A stretch of 61,929 nt of DNA, counting the filler, from Platydemus manokwari (lineage: Eukaryota): assembly GCA_037951405.1 (NCBI GenBank). It is 5 parts of 5 records of this genome, joined end to end, with 100 filler letters (N's around TTAATTAATTAA, not from the genome) between each part and the next. Parts side by side here need not be neighbours in the genome. Positions count along the whole stretch, not along the records: positions 49,080 to 61,929 come from JBBMOY011942493.1; 4 more parts are not named here. One strand, given 5' to 3'. Position numbers and translations under genes: made by a program. Positions within the stretch are counted from its first letter, which is position 1. Each line of letters starts with the position of its first letter. Below the pieces are notes generated by a model. It was given only the letters and a program-made list of their open reading frames with translations. It had not been told where the DNA came from and searched no databases. Shown piece by piece: positions 54,019 through 61,929 of this stretch.

Positions 54019-54855
54019 TTATATGCCACCTTTCACTCTAGATTCTTCCTCTTTATAAATTCTTTTATAGTGATTATAAACGTATTCATCATCTATGTCT
54101 TTTTCACAAATCATATTATATGCTAACCCTTGATGTATTATATTCATGAAAAATGAATTGAAATGATATAAGATTCCCATTCCACAGAGGCCTTTATAAT
54201 GTTTACGGTATACATGTGAAAAAAATGGGATAATATTTTTATATGTTGGTGCCATTGCATCCATATAGTCTGATGGGAATTCTTCTTCTATTCCTGGCAT
54301 AAGGTTAGAATCAGTACGAATAATTAATAAATGCTCAATATATTTTTCAATATACTCTGGATACGTATCGATTGCATTACAACCTTCCGGATCATGAGAA
54401 GTATGATACCATTCTTTGTCAAATATGCAATGATTTTTTCTATCATGAATTTGATCTTTCAATTCCTTTGGTAAAGGATTAGCTGGTGGCACTCCGTAGT
54501 ACTTCACAGATCTTGCTTTATTAAGGCGACATTCTGAGCTGCTATCCAGGCAGAAATACATTAATATATTCCAATAATTTATTAAGCGGTCATACAAATG
54601 AAACATGGTATATGCAATCCATTCATTGTGAGAAGAGTCATTTGGTGCTATTGCAAAATAACGTGTTCTTATTCCTATTCTTAATGTGTCTGGCATTGGA
54701 CCCTCTTCATCTTCGAGTTCTGCTATATCTTTATGTTGGATATGTTCTGCCTGCATGAATTGTAAACGTGATCGTTTTATAGGTGAATCATAATCTTGCC
54801 CTTCTGGGAGACTTAAATTAGACCCAGGAATTTGACGATTTTTTCTGCAGGCCAT
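54019..54855 (-). CDS. Divergent intronless MOB1/phocein-family (Mob kinase activator-like) protein, 278 aa
   Basis: APNDSSHNEWIAYTMFHLYDRLINYWNILMYFC aligns with MOB1 [39 protein letters not shown] resembles APKYID. FPSDYM...SHVYRKH resembles FPKNFM...AHIYHQH. HFNSFF resembles HLNTSF. Intact ATG-TAA ORF with AATAAA just after the stop. Confidence 0.82.
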   Translation of the reverse strand: MACRKNRQIPGSNLSLPEGQDYDSPIKRSRLQFMQAEHIQHKDIAELEDEEGPMPDTLRIGIRTRYFAIAPNDSSHNEWIAYTMFHLYDRLINYWNILMYFCLDSSSECRLNKARSVKYYGVPPANPLPKELKDQIHDRKNHCIFDKEWYHTSHDPEGCNAIDTYPEYIEKYIEHLLIIRTDSNLMPGIEEEFPSDYMDAMAPTYKNIIPFFSHVYRKHYKGLCGMGILYHFNSFFMNIIHQGLAYNMICEKDIDDEYVYNHYKRIYKEEESRVKGGI

Positions 54856-55126
54856 ACTTATACAATGTTGCTTAACTCAATCGATTATTTAAAATTTAAA
54901 ATAATTTAAAGATCAAAAATATTTTCTCGCGGATTAATGGTTAATTCAAACCACAGAATTGTATTTTAACTTCAGGTTATTAATTATTTAAAACCAATTA
55001 TTTTAATTGAATTTATTTTAATAGGTTTTTATATTACTATAAATGAATTCTATGATTTACCAAATCTAGATAAATTTAATTGATTAAAATTTTAGTTTAA
55101 GGTATTAAAAACGTCCTTTAATTCCA

Positions 55127-55940
55127 TCACAAAAATTTATTAAAATTTTGAAAAATTACATTGTTCAAAATATTCAAACAAACTGAAATGCTTTGTGACA
55201 TATTTGGCCAGAAGTAAATATTTTGAATGTAATCGTCCAATTTCTTATTACCGATATGGCATAATTCCTCATGAAGGCATCTCGTTAATTTTTGCGAATG
55301 AACCTCTGGCACAACAATTCACTTCTTTCCATTCTCGTTGTACACCACTATATTCGTACACACCAAACAATTCGTATTTCTCTAAACTGTTAAAATATTT
55401 AATTTTCTTGACCGATGAATTGACTCCTATTTCCGTTTTCTGTAACCATTTATAAATAGAACCAACGACACTATCTTTTTGTCAAATCTTCCTCATTTCG
55501 TCATTATTCGCAATGGAATGCTCGACAATATTAACAAAACCAATTTTTGGTTTACCTTCTTTAGCCCCTTGGTGCTGAGTTAAACACTATGAAAGCAATG
55601 CTTCACCTAACCTTGAAAGTCCAACCACATTTCCATGACCTCATTCCTTCCGATCTTGAAGTTCGAAATTTAATCCGGATAAGTTTGTAAACCATGTTTG
55701 TTAGTTTTCTTCATGTATGTCAAGGCCTTGTGATCAATGCTAATCACAAATTTCTTTCCCAACAGATAATGCTTAAAATGCATTGTAAACTCGTGAATTG
55801 CCAAAAGCTTCTTCCTCCTGATGCAATAACCTTTTTCATTACTATTAAGAGTTCTAGAAGCATAGGCTACTCTCTCTCTTTTTCAGTGCCATCCAACTGG
55901 GTTAGAACGGCACCAATCGCTCCGAAACTAGCGTCGTCAA
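55127..55940 (-). mobile_element. Degenerate Gypsy pol fragment (RNase H and integrase zinc-binding start)
   Basis: DASFGAIGAVLTQ, DHKAL, HGNVVGLSR, LHEELCHIG...YFWPNM. The HQGAKEGKPK segment is homologous to HHGAKKEKPK in the 24.3 kb element. Confidence 0.88.
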
Positions 55941-55944
55941 TATT

Positions 55945-58420
55945 CAAAACGAGCTCCGCGCAAATTTCAGAAAAATTCAAACCAGATACCAAGACAACTC
56001 AAATCTAAAGGTTATCAATCTCACTGAGATTAAGCACACCTTAAAAAAACTGGAAAACTCGGTACCTGAAAACGATTGGATCACTTACAAAGACTAGAGA
56101 TTAATCGATCCCCAGCAAATCTTCCTCCAATCAATGTTCAACAGAATTCTCAAGAACAAAACAATACCGGATCAGTCGAAAGAATGCAACACAAATCTTC
56201 TCCTGCAACCTGGGAAATAATCAACATCCCACAAGATCACATCCTGGCGTCCCATTGCTCTCAATGACTCGTCTTACCGAATCTTCACTACAATACTAAA
56301 CCTAAGGTCACTGAAATGGATAGATGCTGGAAACTTACTGTCATCAAACCAAACAGCAACGCTCGCATCAGAGAGATGCGCAGAGCACAATGCATATCTA
56401 TTCTCACTGCAAGAATACTGCACAACAACAAACTATATCTCTGCTGGGCTGACCTCAAAGAAGCCTTCCAAAGCTTACCACACGAGGTCATCTGGTTTAC
56501 GCTTAAAAAAATGAGTTTCAGTATTCTTTACATTGAGATGATCAAGGCCATATACCAGGACTCCAAATCAACTTATACTTGTGGAATGCTCAAGACACCA
56601 CCAATTCCAATCTACCGGGAAGTAAAACAAGGATGCCTTCTGTCAATGACACTCTTCTGCCTGTCAATTGATTTCCTCATGTACCTCTCACAATATATGA
56701 CACTCAATTCTCAACACTGGCCAACACTGACGATGTCATTATCATAGCAAATTCTGGAGAGAACTTGGATAACCGGCTAAATCAACTTATTAATCACACA
56801 ACGGATATTATAAACACAATAAACATCTCCAAATGTGGCTACTTCTGCAAAAAATAATAAGAATCGAATCGATCTAACAGTATTCGGAGAATCCGTGCCA
56901 ATCTTGGATAGTGACAATATCTACAAATATCTCGGAGTGCTCTTCAGTCTACCCAAGCGATTACCGGTCGACCACATCCTGGAATCAATCATCACAGACT
57001 TTGAAGCTATCGCAGACTGTATGTTAAACAAAAATTCCAAGCTTACAATATTTTTTTGCACTCGAAATTGCCTTTCCACCTTCGAATCCAACAAGTAGAA
57101 ACTACCAAACTGGATTCAAGAAGACGGATCTCATATCAAAATTAATCAGTACAATCATTTGACAATAAAAATGCGTCAAATATCTCGTAAAATTCTAAAA
57201 ATGGACTGTTGAAACTCAACCAACAACAACTTCTTCTATATACCTACCACACTTGGCCGGATTGGACTCACCAGGTCCCTCGTGGAATATTGCATATAGA
57301 ACATTGTCGATGTCTTCCGCTATCTCACAATCCCGGACCAAGAATTTAGAACATTTACGTCAAACCACATAACCAATATTGTGAAGCACCGAATGACTGA
57401 ATCAAATGATCTCGTAACAGCACTTCTCCGGATCTCTGACAAACTACCAACTGAAAAAGCATCCTCTGCAGTAATATGGTGGACCAATACTAACTATGCA
57501 GTCAGAAAACTTAGGAAGAGCCAAATCGATGTAGAATTCTACAACCCCCACACTGAAAGTTTCCTAAAACTCCCGTTGGACAACAACAAGACTTACCATT
57601 TCAACTTCGACAATCGTGGTAAACTCTCAGACATTCTATATCAGTATCAATGCATTACTACAACGAGTGGGTACTATGAAAAAAAAGGAAGACTGGTTCA
57701 CCGCTTCTCGACCAGTCATCTCTCGCAAAAACCTGTGAAAAACTTCCACTTGTCGCCAGAGGTCCGGATTTTAACCTATCAGGCCAGTAAAAACCTACTA
57801 TTACTGAATTACACACCGTATTTCATGAAGAAAGGGAAATTAACCTTATGCCGACGACGCGAGACAGAACAGGAAACTGATGCCCACATATTCATCCATT
57901 GTCCATCAGTCCCTGGTCTGACATCAAAAAGACACTCAATCGTTTTGGACCACCTAGACAACTACTTACAATCACTCGGACTGGATACCGATATTGATAC
58001 AAGCCCACCGGAACTAAATACAAGATTGCAACCGGATCTGATCATCGGGAACAAAACCAAGAGACATGCCTACATCATAGGCCTGAAGATCCCATATGAT
58101 ATCTCTGATAACTTTAAGAAACACTGGTTCTTGAACTTTGAAAAATATTGGACAATAGCGGCTAAAATCAAAACAAAAACCAAATATGAAACGTCACTGG
58201 ATGTACTCTGTATTGGAGTACTTGGATCTTGGGATCCGAAAAACAACAAAGTGCTTTCCAACATCGGTCTAGACAAGCCACATATCACCCCCTTCCTCTG
58301 TACTGTTGCACTCAATTTTGTTATTTTAGCAATCAAATGACAAGATCATGAAATTTTTAGCTATATTCTTGCATATCCCTACCTTTTACTGATCATCGTG
58401 TGTCAAACCTGCGTCTATAG
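55945..58420 (+). mobile_element. 5'-truncated degenerate non-LTR retrotransposon with restriction-like endonuclease (R2 group; NeSL/R5/Utopia-like)
   Basis: RT motifs WRPIAL, WADLKEAFQSLPH, VKQGCLLSMTLF, NTDD (for YADD), YKYLGV. Zinc knuckle CRR..ET.AHI..HC, then RH, RLQPDL, KIPYD, EKY and IGVLGSWDPKN (RLE domain). Confidence 0.9.
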
Positions 58421-58509
58421 AGTTTAAAATCGAGATATTTGCAACGCGGTGCAGAACAAACAACAGCTCCTGTGGTATGATCGCTTATCCACATTTGATA
58501 GAGCTACTG

Positions 58510-59100
58510 GGTTATCAATCAACACTTTAGATCTGAAAATTGTATTAACCAAAATATTACGATCAAATTTTCAATAACAACAGAAGAATCTTTTCGCAAC
58601 TCACAAAGTAAATCACTTAAGACGGAATCAGCGCTCTAAAGTGAAAAACAGAATAGAAAGTAATCAAAAAGACTACTTACTAAAAATCACACAAAGATAA
58701 GCTTACCACTCAAGTTACCAACCAAAAAGACTGGCAGATATTCATGGAACTCAACATCTTTTATAAATCTATCGGGTGTACCTGATTAATGTCATAGATT
58801 TTCGTTTTTCATTTGCTGAATTTGTTCGTGTATTGATCTACCCAGCATCTCTCATGCTATTGGCAGATATTTAAGCTTGTTGCCATTTGTATGTATATGC
58901 CCGTTGACTCTTATCTTCTAAATATGAATTAATATTAGAATGAATCTGATTGGTTAACGGCACGTGTGTTTATTAGGTCTGTGTGTATTGACCCTTTTTA
59001 GGATTCTTTCTTTGATTTCTATGACCCTTTTGATTGATTTGTAATCTACCAAACAGAAATTTCCTGAGTTTGGCCTTGTCTGCAGACTGTACTACGAACA
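58510..59100 (+). mobile_element. Solo LTR-like repeat, family B
   Basis: A-rich then T-rich halves as in 50942-51653, a shared aaaagactg.ca.at block, and an end at ...GAACA. Confidence 0.45.
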
Positions 59101-59209
59101 TTTGTCGTCTCAATTTTAATTTTATAAAATACAGACATTTTCAAATAGGTAAAAGATATTTTTTTTAATTCATTAGGAATCTGTAATATGGAAAAATGAA
59201 AATATTAAA

Positions 59210-59460
59210 TAAAATAGCTATCGATCTAGCAAAAAATAAAGATACAGTCACTCACATAAAATCATATCGAACCATTGACGATAAGCTTATTAGGAAAAAA
59301 TTGCTGGCCTATGGTAAAATATCAACTGACGCTGAAAACTGAAAATTGTAGTTATAAATCATAACAGATTTCAAAGCCCGAATTATCAATAAATACAGTC
59401 GAAACAACTCTAAATTTACAAGAAATAATCACCTATGGTGGTATCAGCAATCGAAAGTCA
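59210..59460 (+). mobile_element. Short LINE reverse transcriptase relic
   Basis: IAIDLAKNKDTVTH...KLLAYG resembles DLSKAFDTV.H..LL.KL..YG. Confidence 0.45.
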
Positions 59461-60290
59461 AACGGTAAAATAGAAGGCAAACTGGTCATCTAAAATATTA
59501 CGTTTAGTCTCACAAAATAAAATTACCGACTCAAGAGACTTGTAATTGCTCGTGATAGGCTATCACGTGTGTACACTTGATTTTTCAGAGCTTCAATTTT
59601 CATTCGTCAGGATATTTTACATCTCGGTCTGTTAGGAAATTTTATTGTATCTCTCATGCCATTGACGAATTTCTATGTTTGTTTCCAGTAATTGGTATGT
59701 GCGAGTTGATTATTGAATTCTAAATATAGATTGAAATATAGGAATAATATGATTGACTATATGCAAGTACGGTTATTGAATCAGTGTTTATCAACTTATT
59801 TAAGGGTTTCTTCAATGGTTTCCATAAATATTTTTGTGTTTTTTAAGATTCATTTAACAACTATTTGAATAATTTCGGATTTAGAATTGTAATTGATAGT
59901 ATTAATATTTTTTTGTAACATCTGTAAATTTTGCTACAGATTTTTAACAAAATTATTAAAACTGTATTAAGGATCATCATGAGTATTTTATTGCAAATAT
60001 AAAAATTTCAGTAAGCAAATGGTGTCGCGCCTTTTATATTAACATATAAATTTGCTTATTTACCGAATTAGCACTAATTACATATTTTACATTTTCTAAT
60101 TTATTTGTATAATAAAAATTTAGAAATTTAAAATTATTTATAGTTTAATTAGAACATTTTAGTTGCTTAAAACATCTATTAACAATAATTGTAACTTCAT
60201 TGTTTTAATAATATTAACAAATATAAGCTTGTGTACAATTATTATCCGTAATTCTTATTTTAATTATGTGTTTAGGTGTTTTGATGTGTT

Positions 60291-60833
60291 ATGAATAGAG
60301 GCCGTGCTGAACCTGGAAGCGTAGAAAGGTACAAATATTTAGAAGAAATTGTTACAGAATTAAACAGTTCTGAATCACTTGAAATCAAAGATCAGATAAT
60401 TGCTAATTTAGCTAATTTTGCATACGATTGCAGAAATCATCACCATTTATTCCAATTAGGCATATTAGACATATTCTTTACAAATATAAAGTTATTTTAT
60501 AATCAGAAATTAGGTACAGATAGATACTTAAACAGAATCCATTTAAATTCTGTAATAGGAATCTGCAATCTTTCTGCTAATACAGATTATCATAAAGCTA
60601 TTTGTAATCACGATAAATTCTGGTTGATAATCAAAGGTCTTTCTTCTGATAATTTAGAAATTGTTGTAACCGTTGTTACAACATTTATTTACCTCTGTGA
60701 TAGTGAAGTTGGGAAGAAAAGTGTTATAATTTCAGGAATTATAAGCACTTGTCAAAAATTGTCAATAACCACTAATTGCAGATTGAAAAACGTAGTAACG
60801 ATATTTTTGGAAGACTATGTTTCGAAGCCCTAA
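60291..60833 (+). CDS. ARMC7: Armadillo repeat-containing protein 7, intronless CDS, 180 aa
   Basis: RYKYLEEIVTEL...KDQIIANLANFAYD.RN...L.QL.ILDIF, GICNL and C-terminal RLKNVVTIFLEDY match ARMC7 family motifs (YLQ.LVTEF, EQVLANLANFAYDP, RL.NLA.IFL.D). Confidence 0.92.
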   Translation: MNRGRAEPGSVERYKYLEEIVTELNSSESLEIKDQIIANLANFAYDCRNHHHLFQLGILDIFFTNIKLFYNQKLGTDRYLNRIHLNSVIGICNLSANTDYHKAICNHDKFWLIIKGLSSDNLEIVVTVVTTFIYLCDSEVGKKSVIISGIISTCQKLSITTNCRLKNVVTIFLEDYVSKP

Positions 60834-61399
60834 ATTTTTCAAAATAGCAACCCTAAATATTGTTAGAAACTTATCAGTTCCTAAAGTCTCTCCGATTCCT
60901 TCAAATTATCTGAAATCTGGATACATTAATTTCATTCGATTCGAAGCAGGTGATGAATTATGTATCGTTCGACCACAAAATTTGAAATCCGTACCTATTA
61001 AACCAGAATTATTGGAATATATACACAAGGATAATTGTTCTTATCAATCTATTAATAAATCTTCGATAACCGAAACTAGTAGTCAAACCATGGAAGATTA
61101 CACTTTTGAGAATTCTCGTAAGGTTTTTATGAAATACTATGAGGAAATTCTGAAATTAATTTTCAGATGCTAATAATTTATCAGTGTTGGATTCAATGTC
61201 TCACATATTAAAACCTTTAACAGTCAAACAACGATTTGAGGTGTATGGCAAGTTAGGGAAACTGCGATTAACAACTTTAGTAGTGATTAGTTCATTATCT
61301 GGCTTCGTTATGGCACCTTTACCAATAGAATGGAGTACAATTTTTCTTGCTAGTATTGGGACATTCTGCACCAGTATGGCAGCGAATACTATCAATCAG
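60817..61399 (+). CDS. COX10: Protoheme IX farnesyltransferase (heme O synthase), first two exons; gene continues beyond the window
   Basis: Exon 60817-61117 begins with a basic, acid-free presequence-like segment (MFRSPKFFKIATLNIVRNLSVPK). A 49-nt GTAAGG..TTTCAG intron (61118-61166) joins in frame to exon 61167-61399, YGKLGKLRLTTLVVISSLSGFVMAP...GTFCTSMAANTINQ then gt, the COX10/UbiA N-terminal motif. Confidence 0.88.
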
Positions 61400-61929
61400 G
61401 TACGGGATTATCATCATTAAATAAACCTTGTATTTAATGGCTTTGTATTTTGACATTTTATTTTATTTATTTTTGGTGATTTCAGCTTATCAATCATGGG
61501 ATTGTCTGAATTATAATTTGACCCAAAATAATAATAAATTATTATTCTCGAAATTTTAATTATATATTTATATTTTTGAATAATAATAATAATAATTGTA
61601 GAATATATCTTACATGATTTATGATGAATTTAATTCTCATTTTAATTCTCATCAATAATAAAAATAATAATAATAATAATCAATTTTGAATTGTAATTTG
61701 GAACATCTTGGACATCGAATACGTATTTCTTTTGCATTTGAATTGCATTTTGAATGAATTAAAATACTCATCACTGAATTCTGATTAATATATAATAATT
61801 ATTATTATTTGTGATTATATATCAAACCGATTTAATATTTTGTCAATATTAATGATTTCAGGATTCACATTTTGTTATTTATATATTATTATTGTTATTG
61901 TTTATCTGTATAAATTGATGGCTTTATCA

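Noticed and set aside
1-61929. tRNA, rRNA, snRNA, SL RNA genes, CRISPR arrays or prokaryotic systems
   Set aside because: None recognisable by eye, and the sequence is clearly spliced eukaryotic DNA. An Infernal/tRNAscan run would be needed to exclude small RNAs.

Overview
Very AT-rich, intron-containing eukaryotic (animal) genomic scaffold. The 44-50 nt micro-introns, NeSL/R5-type LINE and cecropia-type mariner suggest a flatworm such as a planarian (inference). Five contigs are joined by artificial 100-nt spacers (N44-TTAATTAATTAA-N44). Host genes read by manual splicing: ATRX/XNP (minus, about 5013-17373, no visible ADD domain), TMED10/p24delta (minus, complete), BRCA2 (minus, four BRC repeats plus helical domain, cut by a gap), one orphan exon, a divergent intronless MOB-family gene, intronless ARMC7, and COX10, whose start codon lies inside the end of ARMC7. 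The rest is decayed mobile DNA: two Gypsy pol relics, several solo-LTR-like repeats, a mariner, an RLE-type non-LTR element, a MITE-like inverted repeat and (AAT)n tracts. The most notable items are the same-strand ARMC7/COX10 overlap (candidate bicistronic unit), the MOB paralog lacking most of its phosphopeptide pocket, and the ADD-less ATRX with candidate HP1- and DAXX-binding motifs. All homology calls are from recalled motifs, not database searches, and splice coordinates are manual.
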